64,000 nucleotides of DNA from the human T2T-CHM13v2.0 reference genome, Homo sapiens. Where the stretch lies: the NCBI RefSeq assembly GCF_009914755.1, contig NC_060928.1. The stretch is one strand, 5' to 3'. Under the pieces are notes generated by a model, which made no database searches, was not told the DNA's origin, and worked only from the letters and a program-made list of their open reading frames with translations. Shown in pieces: positions 32,093 through 45,378 of this stretch. A program made the position numbers and the translations under genes. Positions within the stretch are counted from its first letter, which is position 1. The number at the start of each line of letters is the position of its first letter.

Positions 32093-32109
32093 GATATATT
32101 ATGCTCTGT

Positions 32110-32285
32110 GCTTCACATATTTTATTTAGTCTTTATGCATGCTCATGAGGTAGGAATTACTATGCCTATTATGTTTATTTTACAAATTAGGAAATAGATA
32201 TTTCAATTTTCATTTTAATTTCCTGGAGTTAGTAAGCAGAAGAGCTGAGTTTTGAATCTAGGTCAGTCTGGCTCCTGCCTTATGT
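32110..32285 (-). mobile_element. MIR
   Basis: catgaggtaggaattactatgcctatt..ttttacaaattaggaaa..agtaagcagaagagctgagttttgaatctaggtcagtctggctcc. Confidence 0.6.
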
Positions 32286-33222
32286 TTTCATGGGCTAATC
32301 TGTGAGGTTTTATATAATCATGCATTCTGGGGACCTTATCAGTGCCTGAAACACTGCCTAGCTCTCTGTATACTACCTTATATGCAGTGGATTTTAGTAG
32401 GTATTTGTTATTCAAGTCATCTACCGCCATGGGTTGACAAGGCTTAGGCAGAGGGAAAGGGGTATCTGTGGGGAAAGGGAGTGTGGAGTAGGCAGATATC
32501 ACTGCCTCTCCTCTCACGATGAAAGGGCTCCCTAAACATGTGATGTCAATTCACTTAGGTACAAAATCATGGCAAAATTACAACAATAGTGGTTGGATGA
32601 AAAGAAGGATAAAGAAATGACAACACAATAAAGGAAAAAATGCCCTGAAAAATGAATTAAAACTGCCAAGTTCTTCTTGTACCCATAGAATATTTGTCTT
32701 TTTAAGAAAATTTTAACTCTTGGCTGATTTTCAACTTCCAAAAAATTAGATCTTTTTTTTAAGTACTTTGTTGTGTACTTAAAACTTTAAAAATAATATT
32801 GCAGATAAACATATCTGTGTAATCTCTACCTCTAGTCAAAGGAGTAAAAAGCTAGAAGAAAAAAAAAATAACCCACACAATGAGAATGTGAGAAGTGACA
32901 ATAGCAAAGTAATTATTTCAGTGAAACTGCAGAAGATGGAAAACAGGAATAAAAATGTTTTCTCACTTACCAGAAGAGAGGAACTTTCAACTCTTGGAAG
33001 GAGGGTGCTGACAATGCCCAAGCCTCCATTCTGGAGAAGCCATGGGATCTCAGGTTTCTAGCATCGGGGCACTGCAAATAGAGACTCAGAAGCAAAGGAA
33101 GCTAGAGGAAAGGCAAAAAAAAAAAAAAAAAAGTCATCGAAACAGAAAGAATTGCAAAACAGAGAAAAAGGACAGAGAGCAAGAAAATGCTTTAAAATAA
33201 AATATGAACAATTTGTACTTTA

Positions 33223-33530
33223 TTTTTTTTTTAAATTAATTAACTTTTTTTGAAATGGAGTCTCCCTCTGTCACCAGGCTGGAGTGCAGTGGTGCAATCT
33301 TGGCTCCCTGAAACCTCCGCCTCCCGGGTTCAAGCCAGTCTCCTGCCTCAGCCTCCCGAGTAGCTGGGACTACAGGTGCCTGCCACCACGCCCGGATAAT
33401 TTTTGTATTTTCAGTGGAGACAGAGTTTCACCGTGTTAGCCAGGATGGTCTCCAACCCCTGACCTCGTGATCCGCCTGCCTCGGCCTTCCAAAGTGCTGA
33501 GATTACAGGTGTGAGCCACTGCGCCCGGCC
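33223..33530 (-). mobile_element. AluSc-like SINE
   Basis: Antisense Alu (ctgtcaccaggctgg, ttagccaggatggtctc); TSD aatttgtacttta at 33210-33222 and 33531-33543. Confidence 0.92.
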
Positions 33531-33559
33531 AATTTGTACTTTAAAAAGTCAATATCCGT

Positions 33560-34085
33560 GAGACATAGTGCCTGTCCATTATGTTCTTCAGAGAAAAATA
33601 GAAGAACTGAAATATAGAAATTATTCAGAAAAACACACAAATTTCCCATTACCTAAAAATCTCCAGACTGAAAGGACGCAGAATGCCCAGGACAATAAAA
33701 CAACGAAGACTGTCTCAGGAACACATCCTGGGATTTCAAAACACTAGTGATGAATTTAAATCCTCTAAGTTTGCAAGCACTGGCAGTGTTGGGGGCAGGG
33801 CGCATTGCAGAACAATGGCGTGCAGAATGACGTCAGAATCTGCGCCACCATAACTGGATTCCAAAATGGTGGAGCCAAGCCTTCAATCCCTAAGGAAAAG
33901 TACTTTTAATCCAGAATTCCACATGCATCCATACCATCATTTAAGTGTAATGAGAGAGTAGAAGTATTTTCAAATATCCTAGGGTTAAAATGCATACAAC
34001 TCTTATGTTATTATAGACTATGCTTTAGAACAATTATTAAGGCAAGTAGACTTTGGGAAAGAGAATATCCAACAGAGAAACCGGC
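33560..34085 (+). mobile_element. Old L1 ORF1 fragment
   Basis: ctccagactgaaaggacgcagaatgcccagg, ttttaatccagaattcc. Confidence 0.5.
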
Positions 34086-36469
34086 CCAATATTAGAATAG
34101 ATTAGTATAGATGGGAACAGTGGGTACAAGAGGGAGGTCTCCAGGAAATGAAAAATTCATGAACAGATTAGTGATATGAAAAAAATTGAGAGTAGCTTGA
34201 TGATGACTTATGAGGTGAATAGTGATAAGTATGTAGAAAACGAAGTGGATGGAAAAACATTAAACAATTTAATAAAGTGAAAAGTAAAATGATGGTCTAT
34301 AAAATAATATTTATGGTTTATATTAATGAAAACACTGTTTCTTGCTTAAACCAAAATGTTATGATTTTATAATATTGAGCTGTGTGAAGAAGTTGTGGGA
34401 TGGCATCAACAATTTTCAAAAAAAAAGTGAATAGATGATGTTTAAATTGATCATTTGTTCCACAGGCACATGATTTTAAAATATGGAGTCACCACACCTT
34501 GAATATTCAAAACTTTTTAAATTGCTTTGTAAAAAATGTGCAAGACTTACTGTACTACAGTTCAGCATGGTAAATGGTTTTGCAAAAAGCAATCAATTCT
34601 GATTAATTTTCTCATTTGCATGAGTGCCAATGCATTTTCTTTCTCCCTGTGAATCACCACTCAGTGATACCATTGACTCTCAGAGAAAACCACTTAATGA
34701 AATTTTTCATCGAGTCAATTCTTTGCTAATAATGAAAGAACATATTGTCATGAGCCAGGCATGCATGCTTTGCCAAAATACTTCCCTCCATCATATAGGC
34801 CTTAGTTATCCAGGACACAAAAATGAATTCCTAGTAGAGTCTAATAATTTCATTCTACTGATTCATTCCTACTGTCAGTAACCAAAGACAGTTTTACAAA
34901 AACAACAGTTACCCACTGAGAAGGCGTAATACATAGCTCTTTTTCCCAAGAGTTTGCTAATGAATGCAACTGTGATATGATTTTACTTAATTATGATAAT
35001 TTAGACATGACCCATAAGAAAACTACTGATTTAAGGAAAGCATTAATTTAGTAATATATAAAAATGTATGTTGATGAGAATAAGCTTTATATGTAACACA
35101 CCTAACCAGAAAGGAAATTTTTCTAACATTATCATTTGATATGTTTGTCAGTATTTTTCCTATGTTGAAAGATCAGAATTCGAAGAAATGTAACTGAGAA
35201 ATTACACTTCCTTGAGTATTTATTTCAGTGCCGAGATAATTTAATTTTCAGTTTCTACTACAAGTGGTAGTAAAAAGAAAATTTTATACATTTTCCTATA
35301 AACATTTCCTATATTATTTTCTATCATTTAGTTTAAAATGATGCAATCAGAAAAGGAAGTGCTCCTCTAATTGCCTCTTACTATTTTTTGGAGCCAAATT
35401 TTAAGGAAACATTTTTGTTTATATCTCATCTTGACTTCATTTTATTTTTATTTAAATACATTCATGGTGTATTTCTTCCATTGCACAGAGCATGGATGTC
35501 TCCTTTTAGAAGCTTTATTTCAGATGGGTAAAATCTACTTTATAAAAGGTAAGGTCACACAGCTATGTGGCTGGAAAGAAATGGATAGGTACATGTTGCT
35601 GGGAGGTACGTGAAAGAAGGACGAAAGAATTGCCAATTACTTTATTCTTCATTTAAGTTATTTTATAACAATGATATGGTTTTGCCTTGTTTTAGGCATT
35701 GGTTAGGGTTCTTCCCCTTGAAAGCGATGACCTATACTGGCAATGAAAATAAATTGTTAAAATCTGACATATTTGAGAAGTACTGATAGACCTTTATTTA
35801 TTAATGCCCACTAGTGACTTATAACAAATGTGAAATTGCATATTTAAAGAAATAAACATCATATATGTAAAATGAGAGCTATTATGTGCTGTCTGGGTTC
35901 CATAGCTAACATTCTTTAGTCTTTGTCTTAGAATAGAAGAAAGAAATGGAATTCTAGAGCACACAACTAGTTTAGAGGGGTATTAGTGAATTAAAAGAAA
36001 TCACTCACAAAAGTATATCCGATGTGTTTGGAGTCTTTCATTCTTTCCAGGTTCGGATCAACTATAAAGCTTGTGATCAACTCTTTCCCTTAGCTGAGTC
36101 TTCCTTACTGTGATCTCTTCCCAAGGAGGTATACTAAGAATTATTTTAGTGGCTCTTGAAGGGTAGGGTAGTGGGAATGGTTAGACCAAATCTGGCCAGT
36201 AAGGGGTGAATTGTCTGAAGGTAATTTAAAATGAGTAACACCTGCTAAGTGCCAGCCAGCTTCTTTGTATCATCATGCATTGGCAATGCTCAACAATGCC
36301 GGTGATAACGCACTCCTCCCTCCAAGGCAGATGCTCCTCACTGCCCTGCTCTTGTACAGCCAAGTGACAAATAATTGGAAAAAAAATACTAGAGCTGAAC
36401 TATCTACATGGATTTTAATATCAGACTCCTTTTCAAGTTACATAAAAGCCTGCCTCTAGATTCTCACTT

Positions 36470-37720
36470 ATTAGACACTCAACAAAAATATGATGGACTA
36501 CTATGCCTGGTATTGTCCTCAATACCGCAGACACAAACATAAACCAAAGCTCCTGGTCTTATTTATTTGTATAAGACAGAGGGAGACAAAAAAGAAGTAA
36601 ACAAGTAAATACGTAGTGTTGGAAGATCATGTTTAACTGAAGAAAAACAAAGTAGGGTAATGGCATAGAAAATACTATAATAATAATGCGTATGAAGCGA
36701 TTTCTGAAGAAATTGACAATGATAGACAATTGATAGACAATGATCATAAAAGATCTGGGACCACAGATAACAGGACATTTAAGCAAAGACCTGAAAGAAA
36801 TGCAGGATCGTGTGGCTGATTGATATCGGGCGAAAGGGATTTTCAGGCAGAGGGAAGAGCAAGAGCACGGTGTTGACATGTGAGCATTCCAGGTGTGTTT
36901 CAGGGAGAGGAAGGAGAACTGTGTGCCAAGCTGAGCCAGCAAGTGAAGGAACTGGGGGACCAGGACACAGAATCGGCAGCAGGGTGGTCAGCCAGGCTTC
37001 ATGTCATGTTTATCACTCTAGATGGCATCAGAAGCCATTGAAAGGTTTTGAGGAAAGGAGTGAAATCATGTGCCTTCTGTTTTATAAAGGTCAGTTGTAT
37101 ATATGTTTTGTAGGTTTTACGAGAACTCTGGCTAGTGTGTCGAGTATAAACTTTAAGAGGCGAGGGTAAAAGGCCATAGGAAACTATTGTTTGGAGCTCG
37201 GCTGCCTGTTTTGAGAACCCCTAGTCACATGTCACTCTTGAACACGTAAAACGTCACGTGTCTGAATTGAGATGGGCTCTAGGTGTGAAATTCACACCAG
37301 ATTTCCAAGACTTAATATGAAAAGGAAGTAAAAGACCTCAATAATTTTTAAAATTTAGTAAATGATGAAATAACATTTTGAATACTCTGAGTTAAAATAC
37401 ATTATTAAAAGTAACTTGGCCTGTTCCTTTTTTCTTTTTAATGTGGCTACCTGAAAATTGTATGCTACACACCTGGCTTGCATTATATTTCCAGAGAGAA
37501 GAGACCAGACTCTGGATATATTTAGAATGAACAGCCAAGAGAATGAATTAAAATAAAGTTTGAAAGCATAGAGTCAAGGATGAATACAAGGTTTTTTGTC
37601 TGAGCAACTTGGAAGCTAAAGTTGACATTTTAAGATCAAGATGAGAAGATTAAAGGACCAGATATAGGAAGAAAAATCAGAAGTTAAGTTTTGAACATGT
37701 GAAGTCAAAAACTTTTATGA
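36470..37720 (-). mobile_element. L2 LINE, antisense, interrupted by MER33
   Basis: ttaagcaaagacctgaaaga, ttcaggcagagggaagagcaag, gaagccattgaaaggttttgag, gagtcaaggatgaatacaagg. Confidence 0.7.
37195..37495. mobile_element. MER33-like hAT-Charlie element
   Basis: ctagtcacatgt...tgaattgagatg...gtgaaattcacaccagatttccaagacttaatatga...tttaatgtggctac. Confidence 0.7.
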
Positions 37721-38531
37721 ATGAAAAATCTGAAAAGACAGGGCTGTATTTTATGCTCATCTCATTATCACACTTGGCCTCCACTTTTACATCAGAGAAA
37801 CTTCACATCCCCTCACAGTCTCCCCAGGTATTTTTGTCTGCTCTTGCTTTGTTGTAAAGGTGGCATGTTACTCTCTCAACTGCAAATGCCATCCCTCTAC
37901 TCTGAGCCCTCACGGCCGAGGGGGTCACAGTCTGTGGAACAGTGAGACAACAGGGTGGCATTATGTGTGTCAGAGCCTCACAACGGTTTCTATAAAACCC
38001 TTCTGTAGGATACAGTCCACAGTTTTCTATTACTGGAGCTCAAAGGTGATCTATTAGGACAGGCAGGGCAACAGTGTGCTATGTTATTGTATGTGAAGGT
38101 GAGTCCGGTGAAGCCACAGTAGAGGACATCAGAAAGGTGCAAGGAAACCCAGATTATCACACACACAAGCCCTAAGGTCAGGAGGCACCACAGGCCACCT
38201 GGCTCTGGATGAGTAAAGGCAAAGGAATGCGGCCTCCTGGGGTGGAAGGGCACAGAGGCAGGGCTCTGGATGGATCAGTGTGCACAGGAAAGGCACACTC
38301 CACTCTGAGTGCTGGGACATCTCTGCAATTGCCTAGCCCTGGAAGGGGCATCACTCCCAGGCCAGTGATGTGAAAAGATGTGAAAAACATCATAATATAC
38401 AGAAAATAAAAATATATGCAAAACACAGATCTATTACCATCTTGATGTTTACTTTAGGCATGCCCAAGTGTCCATGAACAGAATTATAACTGTTCTTCCA
38501 GTCTCACCTGCAAAGACCAAGTATATCAAAA

Positions 38532-40238
38532 AACGCACACACGTACACACACAAATACACAGACAAGGAAGTACACACACAGAAAGAATTACAAGGACAA
38601 GAAGCTACACAAAAGAAAGCACACATAAAAGGAAGCAGATTACAAAAAGCACACACAGGGATGCACACACACACGGAAGCACAGACAGAAAAGGACACAC
38701 AAAGGGACGCACACACAGGGACGCACACACAGGGACGCACACAAACAGGGATGCCCACACAGGGACACACGCAAACGGGCACACACACAGGGACGCAAAC
38801 AGGGATGCACACACAGGGACGCACACACAGGGACGCACACACAGGGACGCACACACAGGAAAGCACAGACAGAAAAGGACACACCCTGGGACACACACAC
38901 AGGGATGCGCACACAGGGACACACACATAGGGAAGCACAAACAGGAGGCACACACACAGGAAAGCACAGACAGAAAAGGACACACAAGGACGCACACACA
39001 GGGACACAAACGGGGATGCACACACAGACACACACACAGGGATGCACACACAGGAGGCACACACACAGGAAAGCACAGACAGAAAAGGACACACACAAGG
39101 ACGCACACACAGGAATGCACACACAGGGACGCACACAAAACAAGGAAACAGACACAGGGATGCACACATAGGGAAACCCAAAAGGCAGCATACACAGGGA
39201 CACACACACAGGGGAGCACACACACAGGGACACATACACGGGAGCACACACACAGGGACACACACACAGGGAAGCGCGCACACAGGGACGCACACACACA
39301 GGGAAGCAGACAGAGGGAAGCACACAGAGGAATGCACATACAGGGACGTACACACAGCAAATAACACACAGAAGGACGCACACACACACGGACACACACA
39401 CAAGAAGCACAGACAGGGACGCACACACATAGGGAAGCAGTTCCACAGTGAAGCATACACAGGGAAGCACACACACAGGGAAGCACACACACAGGGAAGC
39501 ACACACACAGGGAGTCACACACACAGGGAAGCAGACACACAGGGATGCACACACACAGGGAAGTACACACAGGGAAGCAGTCCCACAGTGAAGCACACAC
39601 AGGGAGGCGAACACACAAAGGGAAGCACACAGGGATGCACACAGGGACGCACACACAGAGGGATGCACACACACAGGGAAGCGCACACAGGGAAGCACAC
39701 AGGGAGGCACACACACAGGGAAGCAGACACACAGGGAAGCACGCATAGGCACACACACAGGGAAGCAGACACACAGGGATGCACACACACAGGGAAGCAG
39801 TCCCACAGTGAAGCACACACAGGGAGGCACACAGGGACACACAAAGGGAAGCACACACACAGGGACACACAAAGGGAAGCACACACACAGGGACACACAA
39901 AGGGAAGCACACACAGGGACACACGCAGAGGGAAGCACACACACAGGGACACACACGGACGCACAGACACGGGCGCGCACACACAGGGACGCACACACAG
40001 GGACACACAAAGGGAAGCACACACAGGGACACACACGCATAGGGAAGCACACACACAGGGACACACACAGGGACGCACAGACACAGGGGCGCGCACACAC
40101 AGGGACGCACACACGGGCGCGCACACACAGGGAAGCACACACACGGGGAGCACACACACAGGGACACACACACACACAGGGAAGCAGTCACACAGGGAAA
40201 CACTCCCACAGTGAAGCACACACAGGGACGCACATACA
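38532..40238. repeat. About 1.7-kb complex CA/GGG-rich tandem repeat (cacacacagggaag / cacacagggac units)
   Basis: Variable units of about 12-16 bp with very few T on the + strand; recurring higher-order blocks. Confidence 0.95.
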
Positions 40239-41094
40239 GTAATGGGCACATTGTATGGGTCCCAAGCTCTTCAGCAAAGCCCAGACTTTAAACAGTAATA
40301 AAAAGCTCCACTGAAATCCTTCGTTGCATTTGGTTGAAAGTTTTTTTGTATATTTCCTCATCCTCCTCTGCTGGTGGTTTTGTCTTCAGCAGAGGTGTTC
40401 CCTCCTGTATTCTATGCTCCAATGCCACAGAAGATGAAACCTACATCAAATGACCCTGATTCCGTAAAGTAAGCGTGAGGCTGAGAATCTGTAAAGCTAT
40501 TTCCAATGCTTCAAATGATGCGAATATGTAACCTCCTTTCAAAAGATATATAGATAACCCTCCATTTGGATTTTTAATACATTATCTTAATTTCCATTTT
40601 TGTTAAGAGCAGCAAAAAGTATTTGCGACTATCAAGAATGGTTTACATCACAAGACTTTAGTAACTAAAATATATGAGCTATATTTCCATTTATGTGTCT
40701 CAGACTTTAAATGTGGCAAAATGTGTTGTAATTGAAGCTCCGATTTTGCCTCCTTGTCAACCGTGATTTAACAGTAAGGGGCCTGCTAGCTGTGGGTTAG
40801 CATGGAAATTAACTCACCTTGCAGGCACTTTCCAGTGAAAAGAATTACAACACAAGTAGTAGACTGAATATTTAGTTCATTATGAGCAATACTGTTTGAA
40901 ATTCCTATTCTTTAGTTTTCATGATGACATGACTTATTTAAAATATGGTTTAAGAAAAAGTGACAAAAATATTTTAATTTTTTCAGTTCACTTAATTCAT
41001 GTTAATCTTATAGCAAACAAACCACTTGATTCCTGGAGCAATTATTTGCTCATTGCAAATATTTGAGTAGATGTTAGATTATAGTTCACATTTC

Positions 41095-43945
41095 AGTTTT
41101 TTAGTTTAATAGACTTTTTTAGAAGAGTTTTAGGTTTACAGCAACATTGAGAGGAAAGTAGAGAGATTTCCTGTATACCCCCTGCCACCAGACATGCATA
41201 GACCCTCCCTTTATCCACGTCCCCCCACCAGAATGGTACAGTTGTTACAATTGATGAACCTACTTTGACACGTAATTTTCACTCAAAGACCATAGTTTAC
41301 ATTAGGTTTCGTTGTTGGTGTTGGACTTTCTATAGGTTTGGAAAAATGTGTAAAGACTTGTTTCCACCCTTAGAATATCAAACAAAGCACAGGCATACCT
41401 CATTTTATGGCACTTCACTTTACTGTATTTCTCAGACATGACACTGTTTTATGTGTTGAAGGTTTGTGGCGATACCACGTTGAGAAAGTCAAAGGTGTCC
41501 TTTTCCCACAGCATGTGCTCACTTTGTGTCTCTGTTTTGTATTTTGGTAATTTTCACAACATTTCAAACATTTTCATTGTTATTGTATCTGTCACGGTGA
41601 TCTGTGATCAGTGATCTCCGATGTTACTACTGTCGTTTTTCGGAAGTGCCACAAACTGCATCCATATAAAATAACAGAATTAATGAATAAATATTGAGTG
41701 TGTTTCAAATTCTCCACCATCCAGTCTTTCCCATTTTTTCCCTCTCCTCCAGCCTCCCAATTCACTGTGACACAGAAGTATTGACTTTAGGCCAGTTAAT
41801 AACCCTCCAATGGTCTCTAAAGTGTTCAAGTGAAAGGAAGAGTCACACATCTTTCACTCTAAATCAAAAGCTAGAAAATGATTAAGCTTAGTGAGAAAGA
41901 CTTTTTGAAAACTGAGATAGGCTGAAAGCTAGGCCTCTTGTGTCCAACAGTTAGCCAAGTTGTGAATGCAAATAAAAAATTCTTGAAGGAAATTAAAAGT
42001 GCCACTCTAGTGAACACACAAATGATAAGAAAGTCAAACAGACTTATTGCTGATATGGACAAAGCTAATGGTCTGGATAGGAGACTAAAATAGCCAAAAT
42101 CTTCCCTTAAATTAAAACCTAGTCCAGAACAAGGCTGTAGTTCTCTTAAATTCTATAAAGTTTGAGAGAGGTTAAAAAGCTGAAGAAGAAAAATCTGAAT
42201 CTAGCAGAGGTTGGTTCATGAGGTTTAAGGAAAGAAGTCATTTTTGTCACATAAAAGTGTGAGGTGAAGCAGCAAGTGCTGATGTAAAAGCTGCAGCAGG
42301 TTGTCCAGAAGATCTAGCTCGGATCATTGATGGAGGTGGCTGTGCTAAACAACACATCTTCAGTGTAGACCAAACAGCCTTCTATTGGAAGAAGATATCA
42401 TCTAGGATGTGAAGAACTACAAAGGAAAAGTCAATGTCTGGCTTCTAAGTTTCAAATGACATGTTGACTCTCTTGTTAGGAGTTAATGCAGATATTGATT
42501 TCAAAGTGAGGCTGGTGCTAATTTACCCTTCTAAAACTCCTGAGTCCCTCAAGGATTATGCTAAAACTACTCATCCTTTGCTCTGGAATTGAAACAACAA
42601 AGCCCAAATGACAGCATTCCTGTTTGCAGGATGATTTACTGAATATTTTAAGTGCACCATTGAGACCTATTGCTCAGAAAAAAAATTTTCAAAGGATTAC
42701 TGCTCAATGACAATGCACCAAGTCACTCAATAGCCCTGACGGCCCAGTGAAGATGTATTAGATTAATGTTGTTTTCACACCTGCTAACACAAAATATCTT
42801 CTGCTGTCCATAGATCAGGGAGTAATTTCAAATCTTAATATTTAAGAAATATATTTCATAAGGCTACAGCTGTCATAGACAGTGATTTCCTTGGTGGATG
42901 TGAGCAAAATAAATTATAAACCTTGTGGAACAGATTCACCATTCTAGACGCCATGAACGCTTGTGATTCATAGGAGGAGGTCAAAGTATCAACATTGATG
43001 GGAGTTTGGGAGAAGTTAATTTCAACTCTCATGGATGACTTTGAGGGGTTTAAGACTTCAGTGGAGGAAATAACTCCACATCTGGTAGAAACAGCAAGAG
43101 AACTAGATTTAGAAGCGGAGCCTGAAGATGTGACCGAATTGTTGCAATCTCATTAGAAAACCTGAACAGAAAAATAGTTGTTTCTTGTGGATGAGCAAAG
43201 AAGATGGTGTCTTGAGATGGAATCTCCTCCTGGTGAAGATGCTGTGAACATACCTTTAAAATGACAGCAAATGATTTAGAATATTTCAGAAACTTAGTTG
43301 ACAAGACAGCATCAGGGTTTAAGAGGATTGACACTAATTTTGAAAGAAGTTCTATTGTGGGTTAAATGCTCTCTAGCAGCATGGCATGTTACAAGGAAAG
43401 CTTTCATGGAAGAAAGAGTCAATTGATAAGGTAAATTTCAATGTTGCCTTATTTTAAGAAATTGCCGTAGCCACCCCAGCCTTCAGCAATCATCACCCTG
43501 ACTAGTCAGCAGGCATCTATATCAAAGAGTTGCTTCTTATGGGTGAGCAGATGAAGTGGTTTCTTGAAACGGAATCTACTCTTGGTGAAGATACTATGAC
43601 TCTTCACAAGCAAAAAAGTATGACACTGAAGGCTCAGATGATCATTAGCATTTTTAAGCAATAAAGTACTTTTAAATTGTAGCATGTACAATGTTTTCCA
43701 GACATAATGATATTGCACACTTAATGGACTACAGCATAATGTAAACATAACTTTTATATGTACTGGGAAAGCAGAAAATTTGTGTGACTCATTTGATAGC
43801 AATATTTGCTATATTGCAGTTAACCTGAAACTGAATCCACGATATATTCAAGGAATGTTTGTAGCTCCACTGTCCTAAAAATCCTCTGCACTCGCTGCAT
43901 ACCACCTATTCATCCCTTCATTCTCAGTATTCCCTTGGTGCCTAC
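41095..43945 (-). mobile_element. L1MC-type 3' UTR fragment split by Tigger1 copy B (41095-41389 and 43862-43945)
   Basis: gagttttaggtttacagcaacattgagaggaaagtagagagatttc...gttacaattgatgaacctac; resumes tagctccactgtcctaaaaatcctctg. Confidence 0.8.
41390..43861 (+). mobile_element. Tigger1 DNA transposon copy B, full length, decayed
   Basis: 5' TIR caggcatacctc; 3' end ...gatatattcaaggaatgtttg followed by TA; colinear with copy A throughout. Confidence 0.95.
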
Positions 43946-43949
43946 TTAT

Positions 43950-43951
<2 letters not shown>

Positions 43952-43984
<33 letters not shown>

Positions 43985-44021
43985 GGTTGGGGGAGAGAAA
44001 GAGAGAGAGCGAGAGAAAGAG
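43952..44021. repeat. (TG)n and (GA)n microsatellites
   Basis: About 15 TG units, then a GA-rich tract. Confidence 0.9.
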
Positions 44022-44999
44022 TACTGTGTTTCTCTATATGTGATGTCTTAGTAAACTCACTCACTGAAATCTCCAGATAAAATGGTAGGAGATTGGAAAA
44101 TAGGAATTGGATGGTGTGGAGTTGAAAGTAGAGAATGTCAATGGAAGATCAAGAGTTACCTCAAAAAGAAAGTGAAACGGGAAAAGCCTTACTTTGATTA
44201 AGTTGAGGCACAGTGGGAGAAACTGTTAAATCAGGACAGAAATAAATGGGTCTTAAGAGCTGTTTTGAATGCTTGATTTTCATGATGGAGCAATTTCAAG
44301 TGAAATAAAAATTAGCACGAGCAAATGTGTCAATGAAATTGTATTAGGGAAAAAAATCACTAATTACCAACTTGAGATCCTCCACAAGAGCTAACCTGAG
44401 AATACAGTATTAATACTTCGCTGTGCTTCACACTCCCTACCTCACCACCAGAAAGGGCAATGTTTTCAAGGGACCTCTTCTGTACCCCACAGCTGAGCTT
44501 TGCTTCTGCGACTAGGGAACTGCTTGAGCTGACCTGAGTATGAGATCAAACATGAAGGTAATAAATTGATTGGAAGCAGAAAACAAAACTAAACAACAAT
44601 AACAACAACAAGGAAACAGTCTAACTGACTTGACATTTAGATACCTGGTTCAGCTATACAAGTTCCTAAGGATGGGAAGCTTAATAATATCAAAATGATG
44701 TGACTCTACAATTCACAAAAGGAATTATAATCTGAAGCATTGACATGCTAATCAAACAGATATAAGAAAAAATTTTTACTATTCTAGTGAATGGAAAATC
44801 TTTAATAGGGGAAAAAAGCAAATGGCACAGATAGCGTACAGGACAAGGACGTAACTTAAATTGATCTGCTGTAGGACATAGGGGTAGACTGCTCTCAAGG
44901 AGACAGACATCGAAAATACATCTCAGTCAAGGCAGGTGGAATTTGATTAAGATAAATGAGATAAAATTGTAGAAATTTAGGTTAATTATAAATAAAATG

Positions 45000-45378
<379 letters not shown>

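Noticed and set aside
34590-34625. Octamer ATTTGCAT with nearby TAAT motifs as an enhancer
   Set aside because: Short motifs are expected by chance in AT-rich DNA and cannot be supported without conservation data
38468-40251. ORFs up to 548 aa rich in C/V or H/T
   Set aside because: Translations of a CA/TG-rich repeat, with low complexity in every frame
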